This document shows, piece by piece, positions 9,351 through 19,946 of a stretch of DNA of 64,000 nt (position 1 is its first letter; every line of letters starts with the position of its first letter). This DNA comes from Patescibacteria group bacterium. Lineage in GTDB: Bacteria > Patescibacteriota > Patescibacteriia > Patescibacteriales > UBA12465. The position numbers were made by a program, and so were the translations under genes. Under the pieces are notes generated by a model. That model was not told the DNA's origin, did no database searches, and worked only from the letters and a program-made list of their open reading frames with translations. The stretch spans positions 453,518 to 517,517 of the forward strand of contig JBAZBP010000001.1 in NCBI GenBank assembly GCA_041671365.1. The letters run 5' to 3'.

Positions 9351-9391
9351 ATTTCAAAAATAACTCTAAAATTACTAAAATTAGAGTTATT
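9351..9391 (-). terminator. rho-independent terminator after the sortase gene
   Basis: 11-bp stem aataactctaa/ttagagttatt (9359-9369/9381-9391), followed on the minus strand by a T-run. Confidence 0.7.
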
Positions 9392-9419
9392 TCTATAATT
9401 TACTGGAAAGTATAAATAT

Positions 9420-10073
9420 TTACTCATTTTCTTTATCGGCAAACACTATCAAGCGCTTAGAATAACTTTGAGAAATTTTATCCCATGCTCCTTCACAAGT
9501 AATAAGATTAAGATGCGATTTCCCGTCAGCCGAGGTAAAGACATCGACGGCATCCGCTTGCGGATCGTAAATTTTAAATTCACGCACTACAAACGTAATC
9601 ATGATTCCTTCGGCATCTCGGATATATATTTTATCTCCTTTACGCAATTTATATAAATTATTGAATACCGTCGGCCGATTATTTTTCCACCAACCGAAGT
9701 GTCCGTCAATAACCGCGCTTCCCTTTTCACCCGGACGCGGTCCAAGATTAAACCAGGCAACATTAGCATGGTTTTTCGGAACACTCATCGCTCCTTCAGA
9801 GGTCATGCCCACCGATTCAATCGCCGCATCAAGATTAATTTTAGAAATTTTAAGACGGATAGGCAGAGAAGATAACTCGGAATTTGCTGGTTTTTCTTTG
9901 GGAAGAGTTGGAGTTACTTGATCTTTAATTTTAAGGGCCGGAGCGCTCCGAGCTGAATTTATTGGTATTAAATAAAAAAGAAGTCCTGAGAAGAATAATA
10001 GTCCTATAAGTATAACGATTAACCAAGTTTTTTTTGATAATATTTTTACAGTCATAAATCTCCAAATATTCAT
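9420..10073 (-). CDS. sortase family transpeptidase
   Basis: N-terminal membrane anchor, catalytic His (AVIDGH), Cys motif LNLITCEG (TLxTC-like) and a C-terminal Arg. Adjacent to an LPDTG substrate. Confidence 0.85.
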   Translation of the reverse strand: MNIWRFMTVKILSKKTWLIVILIGLLFFSGLLFYLIPINSARSAPALKIKDQVTPTLPKEKPANSELSSLPIRLKISKINLDAAIESVGMTSEGAMSVPKNHANVAWFNLGPRPGEKGSAVIDGHFGWWKNNRPTVFNNLYKLRKGDKIYIRDAEGIMITFVVREFKIYDPQADAVDVFTSADGKSHLNLITCEGAWDKISQSYSKRLIVFADKENE

Positions 10074-10076
10074 ATG

Positions 10077-10107
10077 GGAAAGGCTCCGTATTTGGCGGAG
10101 CCTTTCC
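10077..10107 (-). terminator. strong GC hairpin between the surface-protein gene and the sortase gene (terminator or attenuator)
   Basis: 12-bp perfect stem ggaaaggctccg/cggagcctttcc with a 7-nt loop. The T-run is weak, so it may act as a partial terminator or mRNA stabiliser. Confidence 0.5.
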
Positions 10108-10157
10108 TGTTTATAAGTACCTATAAGGCCAAAATTTTATTTTACTAAACGTCTGAG

Positions 10158-11975
10158 CTAGATCTTGCTTTTTTTCAAAATCAGTAAAAGCGAAACTGAA
10201 ACTAACATAAAAATACTCACCGGTATAACCATGTTCCACGGGGTGCTTCCTTCGGGAGCAATTCCGGTATCCGGCAATGTCGGAACGACGGGCACGGCAT
10301 TAGCCACGACAACAGTCGCAATAGCAAAATCTCTAGCCGTCAAGCCATTAGCTTCTCCGGTGGCAACGGCGGTGTTTGTTGTAGTCTTGGTAAGTTTTTG
10401 TTTGCAGGTGTATACCCAAGTTTCTGTAGTATCAAGCTTTAAATTGTTATTTATATCTCCGGAAATATAATTTATCGAGCTGCACTTATCATCAGTAACC
10501 CGAACATTACTTAGAGCCACTATTCCCGGATTAGTAATTCTATTTGTATAGGTAACCATTCCACCGCCAGCTAGCAAGCTTAATGGACTTGGAACTTTTG
10601 TGATGTGAATTAATGGCGGTATTACCGGCACACCAACAACAACCGTGGCGCTGGCAATATCAACTGCACTTAAGCCATTAGCCCAGCCGGTAGCCACAAC
10701 GGTGTTGGTATGAGTTTTGGAAAGCGTAGTGGAACAACGATAAATCCAAGTTTCGTTTACATCAAGTTTGGCGTCGTTATTAGTATCACCGGAAACTAAA
10801 ATTATCGGACTGCAAGAATCACCAACCATTGTAACATTAGACATCGGGACAGTTCCGATATTACGAGCGGTATAAGTGTATTGCACCAGACCAGGACCGC
10901 TTGGCAAAGCTAAGGGATTGGGTACTTTAACAACATCAATGAGCGGCGGTACCGAAGGATTAACCGGAGTACCGATATCATTATTGGTAATTATGCAAAA
11001 TTTATTAAAACCCGGACTAAGATTCAGCTGACCGTTAATATCGCAATCGCCGGAGAATGTCTGAGCGTAATGAGAGTCAGAAGTTTCGGTCACGGTATAG
11101 ACCGGGGCTGGCGCCGGGAAAGTATTAGTAATACCGGAAACGACCGGCGTGCCGTTAACAAATAGCGGAAAATCGGCCACTGTTTTAGTTCCACCACTAT
11201 CATTAATAACTACTTTAACAACATTAATCGTGCCCACGCGCGAACCTAATCCTTCTTCTGAAGGCGGAGCTTCGGTCGCGCAGGTCGGCCCGGAAATACT
11301 ATCACCTCCGGCTCCGGTAAAACTTCTTCCGGAAATAATTCGACCATCGACGGTTACCCCTCCTACTAATGAAACGTCTCGTCCGGCAATAAGCGTCCCG
11401 ACAAATTTACTTCCTGGACCGCCTTTATTAATAGTGGCGTCTTGGCCAATCTGCCAAAACACGTTACAGGCTCGGGCTCCACCGGCTAAGACGACATCTC
11501 CGGTAAAAGTAAAATCACTAGTAAGCTGAAAAACCCAAACGTCCGTGGCATTACCGGTCAACGTTAGCGTTCCGGCAAATACTGGATTGCCGGCCGCGGT
11601 ATAAACGCCTGGTGATAAAGCAATGGGCCCCCACGCACCATCGGAAGGCTCAGCCGCCATACTAATTTTAGCGGCGGTCGCGGCAATCTGAGCAGTGTCA
11701 GCCAGAGAACCTGGGCCAAAATATTCTGTTCTTCCTAAAAGCGGCAGCCAGACACCGGTTCTTGAAACCGCCAAACCAGTACTAAGTCCCATGGCGCCAG
11801 AAACGGTAGTGCCCGCACCATTGGCAGCCATAGAATCTTTCGCTAGAACGGAAAAACTTTCCATCGCCCCTAAAGTCGGCGCCGTAGCCGCCGCTTGCGT
11901 TATAATTGGACTGGCCAAGAACAACAGCAAGAAAACACTTGATACTCCGATTAAAATTTTATTAAGTTTTTTCAT
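10158..11975 (-). CDS. LPXTG-anchored cell-surface protein: signal peptide, DUF3494 (ice-binding-like) beta-solenoid domain, two tandem ~110-aa repeat domains
   Basis: N-terminal signal peptide. LGAMESFSVLAK...TVSGAMG is typical of DUF3494. Two repeats (PPLIDVVKVPNPL...; PPLIHITKVPSPL...) each carry conserved Cys pairs. The C-terminus is LPDTG plus a hydrophobic helix plus KKSKI. Confidence 0.85.
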   Translation of the reverse strand: MKKLNKILIGVSSVFLLLFLASPIITQAAATAPTLGAMESFSVLAKDSMAANGAGTTVSGAMGLSTGLAVSRTGVWLPLLGRTEYFGPGSLADTAQIAATAAKISMAAEPSDGAWGPIALSPGVYTAAGNPVFAGTLTLTGNATDVWVFQLTSDFTFTGDVVLAGGARACNVFWQIGQDATINKGGPGSKFVGTLIAGRDVSLVGGVTVDGRIISGRSFTGAGGDSISGPTCATEAPPSEEGLGSRVGTINVVKVVINDSGGTKTVADFPLFVNGTPVVSGITNTFPAPAPVYTVTETSDSHYAQTFSGDCDINGQLNLSPGFNKFCIITNNDIGTPVNPSVPPLIDVVKVPNPLALPSGPGLVQYTYTARNIGTVPMSNVTMVGDSCSPIILVSGDTNNDAKLDVNETWIYRCSTTLSKTHTNTVVATGWANGLSAVDIASATVVVGVPVIPPLIHITKVPSPLSLLAGGGMVTYTNRITNPGIVALSNVRVTDDKCSSINYISGDINNNLKLDTTETWVYTCKQKLTKTTTNTAVATGEANGLTARDFAIATVVVANAVPVVPTLPDTGIAPEGSTPWNMVIPVSIFMLVSVSLLLILKKSKI

Positions 11976-12131
11976 AAATTTTAAAGTTTTAAAGTTTTAA
12001 TATGTTAATTATGTTGACCTTTAGTTTGAGATGGTATACTCTCTAAACAGATAGAAAAAATAATTTTTTTAATAACAATTATAATATAACAAATTTAGTT
12101 ATACTATAATTATAGTAAAATATTACTATAT

Positions 12132-12344
12132 ATGTCAACACCCATTAACATTCTCGCTAATAATATTAAAAAATTACGTAAAAACAAAGGAATATCTCAG
12201 GATAAACTCTCTAAGCTTACTGGGGTTACTTTACATGCTATTACTAAGATCGAAATCGGCGCAACGCTTGATCCGAGAGTAAATACCGTAAAAAAAATCG
12301 CCGATGCCCTGGGTTGCGGCGTAGATAAATTATTGAGCAAATAA
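12132..12344 (+). CDS. XRE-family helix-turn-helix transcriptional regulator
   Basis: 70 aa; NIKKLRKNKGISQDKLSKLTGVTLHAITKIE matches the Cro/C1-type HTH pattern. One of the few plus-strand genes. Confidence 0.85.
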   Translation: MSTPINILANNIKKLRKNKGISQDKLSKLTGVTLHAITKIEIGATLDPRVNTVKKIADALGCGVDKLLSK

Positions 12345-12360
12345 GTTCCAAAATAAAAAA

Positions 12361-12389
12361 AATAACTCCAATTTTGGAGTTATTTTTTT
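12361..12389 (+). terminator. rho-independent terminator (bidirectional geometry)
   Basis: Stem aataactcc/ggagttatt (12361-12369/12376-12384), an A-run before and a T-run after. Confidence 0.75.
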
Positions 12390-12422
12390 ATTTCACTATT
12401 ATTTTTTCCAAACCGACTATTA

Positions 12423-15134
12423 TTATTTGGCTACTCCTGTTTCGACGGATATAACCGAGTTCGTATTAGAATCTTCCATACCGGAACTAAGTTTGGCAAA
12501 TTCAAAAAAACCGAAGGTAAAAACTAAAACCATAATTACCGGCGCTACTAGAGAAATGTAATTTCTTTTATTCGGTTTAAAGTAGCGCAGCAGCAAAGAA
12601 TTGCCGACAACCGAAATTGAACTGAAAGCCATGGCGAGGCCAGCCAATTCCGGTTTTAAGACTAAACCAAAACTAATAAATACGCGAGCGGCAATCGGTA
12701 TGCCGATAACATTATAAAACAAAGCAAAAAACATATTTTGTTTTATTTTACCCATAGTTTCGCGAGCTAGCTGAAAGGCGGTAACCACATCATTTAAATC
12801 GTTTTTCATAATTACAATTCCGCCCGCTTCCATAGCCACGTCCGTACCCGAACCCATGGCGATACCTAAGTCGGCCTGCGCTAAGGCCGGAGCATCATTA
12901 ATACCATCACCGACCATCGCAACTTTTTGGTTATTTTGTTGTAATTTTTTTACTTCATTAGCCTTGTCTTCCGGTAAGACTTCGGCTAAAACATTTTCAA
13001 TTCCTACCTGATCGGCAATGGCCCGAGCGGTTCGTTCGTTATCACCGGTAATCATATATACCGTGATACCCAGTTTTTTTAATTTAGCCACCGCTTCAGC
13101 CGAAGTTGTTTTAACGGTATCCGCTACGGCGACTGCTCCCAATATTTTTTCACCGGTCGCCAAAATCATGGCCGTCTTTCCCTGCTCTTCTAATTTAATT
13201 AACTTGCGATTAATTTTATCTATCGAATGACCAAGTATATCGATCATTAAACGGCGATTACCAAAATAATATTCAATATTATTAATTACTCCCTTCACAC
13301 CGTGTCCGGGAATAGCGGAAAAATTTTTAACCTCGTCTAGGCTGACCGATTCATCGCTCGCATAAGTATAAATGGCTTCAGCTAAAGGGTGTTCAGACAA
13401 TTTTTCTAGACTGGCTGAAATGGCTAAAATTTCGTCCTCATCATTATTTTCAAACATAATAATGTCCGTAACTTCCGGTTTGCCTTTAGTTAAAGTGCCA
13501 GTTTTATCAAATACCACAGTATTAATATGACAGGCAGCTTCTAACGGTTCTCCACCTTTTACTAAAATCCCATATTCCGCGCCCTTACCGGTACCGACCA
13601 TCAGCGAGGTTGGAGTCGCCAAGCCTAAAGCGCAAGGACAGGCAATCACGATTACCGCCGTAAACGCCATTAAAGCAAATGATAAAGTAGCGCCCAAGAA
13701 GAAATACCAAACCAAAAAAGTAATAATAGCGAGACCGATAACTGTCGGCACAAACACGGCCGATATTTTATCAGCGAAACCTTGAATCGGCGCTTTTGAA
13801 CCTTGAGCGTCCTCAATCAAACGAATAATTTGCGCTAAAGCCGTTTCACTCCCGACTTTCGTTGCCGCGAACTCAAAACTACCGGTTTTATTAACTGTGG
13901 CGCCAATAACTTGATCACCGACTTTTTTTTCAATCGGCAAACTTTCACCGGTAATCATCGATTCGTCTATCGCCGAAGAACCCTTAACAATTTTACCGTC
14001 GACGGGAATTTTTTCACCAGGGCGAACAATAACTATATCGCCATGAATTACGTCTTCCACGGGAATATCATTAGCCACACCATTACGAATTACTCGAGCG
14101 GTTTTAGCTTGCAAGCCCATTAATTTTTTTATGGCGTCACCGGTCTTACTTTTAGTACGAATTTCCAACCATTTACCGAGTATCACAAAAGTAATTAAAA
14201 AAGCGGCAGTTTCAAAATATAATTCTGGAATCTTGCCATTTAAGCCGATTATTGATTTAGTTTTTACAAAATAATTTATAAAATTAACTAAACTATAAAG
14301 GAAAGCGGTGGAGGTACCGATAGCAATAAGACTGTCCATGTTAAAGGTCTTCATCTTCAGCGATGACCACAGGCCTTTATAAAATCCGGCGCCAACGATA
14401 AATTGGATAGGGATTGTAAGAATGAGAGAGATAATTCCCACGAATGGTAAAACCGCCTCTTTGCCGGGAATGGCAAAAAAATCAAGCAGCATAAAGTACA
14501 ACATCGGCAAACTAAGAACTAAACTAAACCAAAATTTTTCAAAATACGATTTAGTTTCATGTTCGCGTTTTCGTCGATCATAATCACTGTCTTTTGAATC
14601 AACCATCTCAGCTTTATAACCTGCCTTATTTATTGCTTCAATTAAATTTGGTAATTTTGTTGTATTTTCATCATAAACAATACTAGCTTTTTCGGCGGCA
14701 AAATTAACGTTGGCTTGTTTGACCCCCGACACTTTCTTTAATGATCGTTCGATAATATTAGCGCACGATGAACAATGCATGCCAAAAAGCGACAAACTAA
14801 CTCTCTGATTAATTTTGGCCTCAGTAACTGCCGCCGGTTTATCCTCTTTAAAATTATTCTCGCTAACCAGGATTGGTTTATTACTTTCATTTTTTTGTTC
14901 AGCGACCAGTTCGGTCTCGGCTTGGATTTCCGCCTGATAACCGGCCCTAACAACAGCGCTAGTAATATCAGCGGCACTATTTTTTAATTCATCCAATACT
15001 AACTCCGCTGTCCCCTTTTCGACATTAATCAAAACGGCGCTTACTCCCGGTAATTCTGCCAGCTCGTCTTTAATAATAGTTTCACAAGAGGAGCAGTGCA
15101 TGCCGCTTATTTTTAATAATATCTTCTTAGTCAT
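12423..15134 (-). CDS. copA: copper-translocating P1B-type ATPase with two N-terminal HMA domains
   Basis: Two GMHCSSC metal-binding domains, CPC in TM6, [15 protein letters not shown] and HP (SEHPLA). Confidence 0.95.
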   Translation of the reverse strand: MTKKILLKISGMHCSSCETIIKDELAELPGVSAVLINVEKGTAELVLDELKNSAADITSAVVRAGYQAEIQAETELVAEQKNESNKPILVSENNFKEDKPAAVTEAKINQRVSLSLFGMHCSSCANIIERSLKKVSGVKQANVNFAAEKASIVYDENTTKLPNLIEAINKAGYKAEMVDSKDSDYDRRKREHETKSYFEKFWFSLVLSLPMLYFMLLDFFAIPGKEAVLPFVGIISLILTIPIQFIVGAGFYKGLWSSLKMKTFNMDSLIAIGTSTAFLYSLVNFINYFVKTKSIIGLNGKIPELYFETAAFLITFVILGKWLEIRTKSKTGDAIKKLMGLQAKTARVIRNGVANDIPVEDVIHGDIVIVRPGEKIPVDGKIVKGSSAIDESMITGESLPIEKKVGDQVIGATVNKTGSFEFAATKVGSETALAQIIRLIEDAQGSKAPIQGFADKISAVFVPTVIGLAIITFLVWYFFLGATLSFALMAFTAVIVIACPCALGLATPTSLMVGTGKGAEYGILVKGGEPLEAACHINTVVFDKTGTLTKGKPEVTDIIMFENNDEDEILAISASLEKLSEHPLAEAIYTYASDESVSLDEVKNFSAIPGHGVKGVINNIEYYFGNRRLMIDILGHSIDKINRKLIKLEEQGKTAMILATGEKILGAVAVADTVKTTSAEAVAKLKKLGITVYMITGDNERTARAIADQVGIENVLAEVLPEDKANEVKKLQQNNQKVAMVGDGINDAPALAQADLGIAMGSGTDVAMEAGGIVIMKNDLNDVVTAFQLARETMGKIKQNMFFALFYNVIGIPIAARVFISFGLVLKPELAGLAMAFSSISVVGNSLLLRYFKPNKRNYISLVAPVIMVLVFTFGFFEFAKLSSGMEDSNTNSVISVETGVAK

Positions 15135-15224
15135 ATAATTTATTTAACGATTGAATAAGGCGAACTCTCTAATTATTCGACGAGTATCTAACCAAAATTG
15201 ATCATGTCTGTGCCGCAAGTGATA

Positions 15225-16679
15225 TCATGTGTTCGCCGCCGCTAAAGCGGTATTAACGCCGACTGTTATATTGGAATCGACGCTAGCCGAATCACCATCA
15301 TAAACATTAAACACGCCAGTATACATGCCCATCGAACAAGAAAAAGGCAGCTGGCCGGATTCAGTCGGAGTAAACTCAATTATATTTTCACCGGCAGCTA
15401 AAAATTTCTGAATTTTAAGTTTAGGAATCAATAAAACGCTGGCACAAGAATAAGGCGCTTTAGCCTCAACTATCCATTTAACCGGTACCCCTTTTTTAAC
15501 TGAAAATCTATTAGGCGAATAGCCGTTACTATTTTCAGTCATATGCACAACCTGAACTCCGTTTTCTAGAACAACATTAGGATCATTAATATTATTCTGA
15601 GTTTGATTGGAGGCGGCGCTAAAAGAATTAACCCGGAATCCAACGGCGCTGAGACTAGTTAAAGAATAACCATTATTAAGATTGAATATAGCAAAAAATA
15701 TAACCGCTAAACCGGCCACCTTAAAAAATAATTCCTTAAACGAACCTTGAATTATGGACGTCAGTCCGCCGATACTTAAAAGTCCCGGGGCGGTACCAAG
15801 CGCAAACAGGCCCATGACGAGTGCGCCGGCCCCGAAAGAACCGGTACTGATAGCGTAAAGTTGCATGGCTTGGGTAAATCCACATGGCAGGAAAAAGGTT
15901 AAACCGCCCAGAATCATCGCATTTCTGTGACTATATTCTTCCCGCTTTTTAGTGATACCCAAAACCCGACTAACGCCCTTGGGCAGAGATAGTTTGAATT
16001 TACTTAAACGGGGAAAAATATCAATAAGTTGCAAACCCATAACCAGCATAACTATTCCGACCGAGAGCGTCAGTAAACCATTAACAAAGGGTGAAACTTG
16101 AAAAATCTTGCCAATAACACCCAATAAACCTCCGAGAAAAGCATAGGATAAAATTCGACCAACTACGAAAAAAATATGAGGTTTAAATTTTTCTTTAACC
16201 GTGGCATTAGGATGATTTTCCGCAAATTTAGTCGAGAGGCCGAGTACTAATCCTCCAACTAAAGCCATACAAGTCGAAAAACCGGCAACTAAACCGATTA
16301 AAACTATTAATCCGAAACCCGGACTAGTTAAATCTGAGGTAACATTCAAATTAAATAAACCTAGATTTTTAAAGAGAAAATATAAAATAGCGATGATTAG
16401 GAAAGCATTTCCCAGATTGGCATAATCATTTCTATTGCGAGAAAGAAAAGGAAGTTTTTCCGATTCACCAATTTCATACCCGGCTTCAGCTATCGCTTTT
16501 TTAATATCATTCATATCGGGAGCGATTTCGCGATAATGAATAATGGCTTCGCTAGTCTTATAATTAAGATTGGCCGATTTTACATGATTAACCTCTCGTA
16601 GTTTTTCTTCAATTAGAATCTCACACGAGCGGCAGTGCATGCCTTTTATAGGTACTTTCAAATATTTGTTTTGAGACAT
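15225..16679 (-). CDS. HMA domain / TauE-SafE-like (DsbD-like) membrane domain / C-terminal cupredoxin-like domain fusion protein
   Basis: N-terminal GMHCRSC HMA fold, a central block of about 6-8 TM helices, and a C-terminal beta domain ending FSCSMGMYTG (Cys/Met/His-type copper-site pattern). Sits in the copper operon. Confidence 0.8.
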   Translation of the reverse strand: MSQNKYLKVPIKGMHCRSCEILIEEKLREVNHVKSANLNYKTSEAIIHYREIAPDMNDIKKAIAEAGYEIGESEKLPFLSRNRNDYANLGNAFLIIAILYFLFKNLGLFNLNVTSDLTSPGFGLIVLIGLVAGFSTCMALVGGLVLGLSTKFAENHPNATVKEKFKPHIFFVVGRILSYAFLGGLLGVIGKIFQVSPFVNGLLTLSVGIVMLVMGLQLIDIFPRLSKFKLSLPKGVSRVLGITKKREEYSHRNAMILGGLTFFLPCGFTQAMQLYAISTGSFGAGALVMGLFALGTAPGLLSIGGLTSIIQGSFKELFFKVAGLAVIFFAIFNLNNGYSLTSLSAVGFRVNSFSAASNQTQNNINDPNVVLENGVQVVHMTENSNGYSPNRFSVKKGVPVKWIVEAKAPYSCASVLLIPKLKIQKFLAAGENIIEFTPTESGQLPFSCSMGMYTGVFNVYDGDSASVDSNITVGVNTALAAANT

Positions 16680-16757
16680 AAAAATTAATTATTTATTAAT
16701 TAGGCAAACGCCCGGCTAGCCGGCCAGTAACCGACTAAACCACTAACAATAATTAAT

Positions 16758-17198
16758 TTACAAACGGAGAATAGTAGTTTTAAGAGCCAATAATTCCGGC
16801 GGAGCGATTATTACAGGATGATAAACAAAAATTTCCGGAGTAGCTAGCGGCAATTGATAAAAGACAAATATTGTCGGCGGGGCGATTTTTTCTAGCTCAA
16901 ATGGCTGATAAAAAGCCACCGTACTGGCATGAGCACCATTCAGACAGCAAGGCAGGATAGTGTTTGTTTGATTCGAAAGCGGCTTAGGAACATGGTTTTT
17001 TTCTACCGCTCGGCTAGGCTGATCTTTACTACAAACGCTCGCAACATCCATCAAGTTATCGGCTGTTACCGAAGCGGCCTGAACGGTTTCTACTTTAATT
17101 AACGAATCTAAAAAGGCTTCAAAACAAAAACTACCGGCCAAATGAAAAGCGGAAACTAATAAAATAACAACAATAATTTTGGTAAAAAGTTTAGACAC
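16758..17198 (-). CDS. hypothetical secreted Cys-containing protein in the copper operon
   Basis: Signal-anchor N-terminus; Cys residues including LPCCLNGAH. Located between csoR and the HMA-membrane protein. Confidence 0.5.
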   Translation of the reverse strand: MSKLFTKIIVVILLVSAFHLAGSFCFEAFLDSLIKVETVQAASVTADNLMDVASVCSKDQPSRAVEKNHVPKPLSNQTNTILPCCLNGAHASTVAFYQPFELEKIAPPTIFVFYQLPLATPEIFVYHPVIIAPPELLALKTTILRL

Positions 17199-17219
17199 AA
17201 AAATTAATAAATATAAAAA

Positions 17220-17495
17220 TCAATTCGTTTTTTTAAATACTTGCATTAACTCATTAATCGCCTTTTCTTTGCCATTAGTGTTAATCGCACGGACGACGCA
17301 ATGATTAATATGATTTTTTAGTAAAACTTCTTCCGCTTTCTTAACGGCACTTTTGACGGCGGCCGTCTGTTGCAGAATGTCGATACAATAAAAATTATTT
17401 TCAACCATTTCAATAATTTTTTTAATATGGCCATTCACGATTTTTAACCTTCTTACGACATCTTGCTTCGGACTTGATTCTTTCTTCATAATCAT
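17220..17495 (-). CDS. csoR: CsoR/RcnR-family metal-sensing transcriptional repressor
   Basis: 91 aa; RLKIVNGHIKKI...YCIDILQQ...HINHCV supplies the family C-H-C ligand pattern. First gene of the copper operon. Confidence 0.9.
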   Translation of the reverse strand: MIMKKESSPKQDVVRRLKIVNGHIKKIIEMVENNFYCIDILQQTAAVKSAVKKAEEVLLKNHINHCVVRAINTNGKEKAINELMQVFKKTN

Positions 17496-17504
17496 AATCG
17501 TTAA

Positions 17505-17562
17505 ATCCAGACCCTGGGGGGGAGGATGTCAGTATTATATACTGACCGGATAAATATGTCAA
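17505..17562 (-). promoter_or_regulatory. candidate csoR-operon promoter plus operators
   Basis: On the minus strand: TTGACA (17562-17557) and TATAAT embedded in the perfect palindrome GTCAGTAT-ata-ATACTGAC (17528-17546). Next is a G/C tract, atcc-aga-ccc-t-ggggggg-aggat (17505-27), resembling the GC-tract pseudo-palindromes bound by CsoR. Confidence 0.45.
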
Positions 17563-17581
17563 AATAAGCTTAGAACTTGGG

Positions 17582-19183
17582 CTACAAATATTTTTCTATT
17601 ATTGCTTCGGCGACCGTTAAACCGTCAATGGCTGAAGAAACTATTCCGCCGGCATAGCCCGCACCTTCTCCGGCCGGATAAATGCCAGAAATATTCGATT
17701 CATGTTTCTCGTTACGTTCTAAACGAACTGGCGCCGAACTGCGTGTTTCCACTCCGGTTAAAACGGCTTCCGGATGAGCGAATCCTTTAATTTTTTTGTT
17801 CATTAGAGGCAAGGCCTCTCTTAAACTAGCAATCACATAATCCGGTAGGCAGGAGCCCAAAGACGCTAACTTAACTCCCGGAGAGTAACTGGGAGCAACG
17901 CTTTTTATTTTTTTTGATATTTGATTATTTAAAAAATCACCAACTAATTGAACCGGGGCAAAGTATTTACTACCGCCGGCCAAATAAGCTCTCTTTTCCC
18001 AGTGACGTTGAAATTCTATTCCGGCTAAAGGGTGGTCTGAGAAAAAATCGCTTGGTGTGATTGGCACCAGCAAGGCGCTGTTTGAGTTCTTACCATTCTG
18101 AGCATACTCACTCATACCATTGGTGACCACTCCGCCTTCTTCAGAGGCGGCGGCCATAACATAACCTCCGGGACACATACAAAAACTATAAACTGGACGT
18201 TTATCAGCCAGATGTTGAACAAGTTTGTATCTAGCTGCTTTTAACTTGGGATGATTATAAAAAACTCCATATTGAGATTTATTTATCATTTCCGCCTGGT
18301 GCTCAATTCGTACTCCGATAGCCAAAGCCTTGGGACTAATTTTTAAATTACGTTCGTAAAGCATTTCGTAAGTGTCCCGCGCCGAATGACCAATGGCAAG
18401 TATTAAATCATCGACTAAAACTTTTTCCTGATCATTTAAAATTATCGCTTCTAATTTGTTATTTTTGATAACCAAATCTCTCAATTGGGTCTCAAATCTT
18501 ATCTGACCGCCGAGCCTAATTATTTCCCGACGAATATTCTTTATTACCTCCCGTAATTTATCGGTACCGATATGAGGTGCTGCGTTCCGGGATATTTCTT
18601 CCGGCGCTCCGGCTTTAATTAGCTCGGCGAATATATAACTGGAGCGCGGGTCGTTTATTAGAGTGTATAATTTCCCATCAGAAAAAGTTCCGGCGCCCCC
18701 TTCGCCGAATTGAATATTTGATTGAGGATTAAAATCGCTAGTTCGAAAAAATTTAGTAACATCTTTAACCCGCGAATCGACATCCTTCCCTCTTTCTATC
18801 AAGAGTGGTTTTAAGCCTGCCCGAACAAGCAATAAGGCAGCGAATAAACCACAGGGCCCACTACCCACAATAACGATTTTTTTATTTATTTTTTTTTCGA
18901 CAATTTTTTCTTGATAAACAAAGGGGGTATGAATCCTGATCCGACAACGACCATTCCAATTTTTTATCTTCTTCACGTCACTAATCACAACGTCGAGAGA
19001 ATAAACAAAAAAAATATTTTTTTGACGAGAGTCGATATTTTTTTTAACGATAGTATAACCAATAATTTCCTTTTCCGGTAAATCTAAAATCTGAGAAATT
19101 TTAAATTTTAAAAGTTCTTCATCATCATTCAGACCGAGAATAACCTCTTCGATTCTGATCAATTTATTTTCGTCTAAGCTCAT
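17582..19183 (-). CDS. NAD(P)/FAD-dependent oxidoreductase (COG2509-like)
   Basis: Rossmann motif VIVGSGPCGLFAAL; C-terminal GIYPAGEGAGYAGGI typical of this family. Confidence 0.85.
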   Translation of the reverse strand: MSLDENKLIRIEEVILGLNDDEELLKFKISQILDLPEKEIIGYTIVKKNIDSRQKNIFFVYSLDVVISDVKKIKNWNGRCRIRIHTPFVYQEKIVEKKINKKIVIVGSGPCGLFAALLLVRAGLKPLLIERGKDVDSRVKDVTKFFRTSDFNPQSNIQFGEGGAGTFSDGKLYTLINDPRSSYIFAELIKAGAPEEISRNAAPHIGTDKLREVIKNIRREIIRLGGQIRFETQLRDLVIKNNKLEAIILNDQEKVLVDDLILAIGHSARDTYEMLYERNLKISPKALAIGVRIEHQAEMINKSQYGVFYNHPKLKAARYKLVQHLADKRPVYSFCMCPGGYVMAAASEEGGVVTNGMSEYAQNGKNSNSALLVPITPSDFFSDHPLAGIEFQRHWEKRAYLAGGSKYFAPVQLVGDFLNNQISKKIKSVAPSYSPGVKLASLGSCLPDYVIASLREALPLMNKKIKGFAHPEAVLTGVETRSSAPVRLERNEKHESNISGIYPAGEGAGYAGGIVSSAIDGLTVAEAIIEKYL

Positions 19184-19940
19184 AAAGTAAAATGGCGGCG
19201 GCCGTCGCTACGTTTAAAGATTCTATTTTAGAGGAAATCTCAATTTTTAAATTTTTAGCCGCTTGTTTCATTATGGCCGGGTCAACACCATGACTTTCGC
19301 TGCCTAAAACCAGACAAAATATTTTACCCGGTTTAAATTTAGAGAGATTAACACCGGCATGGGAGCTAGTAGTATAAAGAGGTAATTTATTATTTTTTAA
19401 CCATTCGCCGGTTTTATCCTCGATAATATTTAATTTAAAAATAGCATCCTTAGCGGCGCTAATAACTTTAGAGTTATAAACATCGACGCAGTTTTTATCT
19501 AATACTAAATTGACAAAATTAAACGCCAAGGCGCTGCGCATAATAGTCCCTAAGTTGCCCGGATCGCTAATCCCATTTAAATAAATTACAGATGATTTAT
19601 CCGGTTTTTTATTTATAATGTTATAAACGGCGGTAATTCCAGTCGGGGTATCTAAATTAGAATAATGTTTATTTATTTGGGGATTTATCAAATAAAAATT
19701 TTTACAGCCGGACTTACTTTGGAAATACCTTAATTCTTCTGGGTGCTTAACGGCAAACTCTTCAGTGACAAACAAAGATTCAAAATCATAATTATCATAC
19801 CAAGCATCTTTAATAAGCGTTAAATTTTCGACCATAAATTGTTTAAACTCCTGACGATACTTTTTTAAATTTAACTTTTCTAACAATTTTATATGATTAT
19901 TTTGAGGGCTGCTTATTTTTTGATAATTAATAGTTATCAT
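19164..19940 (-). CDS. TrmH/SpoU-family RNA 2'-O-methyltransferase
   Basis: SPOUT motifs DPGNLGTIMRSA, LVLGSESHGV and ESLNVATAAAILLYE. Confidence 0.85.
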   Translation of the reverse strand: MITINYQKISSPQNNHIKLLEKLNLKKYRQEFKQFMVENLTLIKDAWYDNYDFESLFVTEEFAVKHPEELRYFQSKSGCKNFYLINPQINKHYSNLDTPTGITAVYNIINKKPDKSSVIYLNGISDPGNLGTIMRSALAFNFVNLVLDKNCVDVYNSKVISAAKDAIFKLNIIEDKTGEWLKNNKLPLYTTSSHAGVNLSKFKPGKIFCLVLGSESHGVDPAIMKQAAKNLKIEISSKIESLNVATAAAILLYELRRK

Positions 19941-19946
19941 ATTTGT

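Noticed and set aside
16711-16724. GC-rich palindrome ccggctagccgg between the 146-aa ORF and the HMA-membrane gene
   Set aside because: It is a short intra-operon hairpin without a T-run, possibly an mRNA processing or stability element. It is not distinctive enough to annotate.
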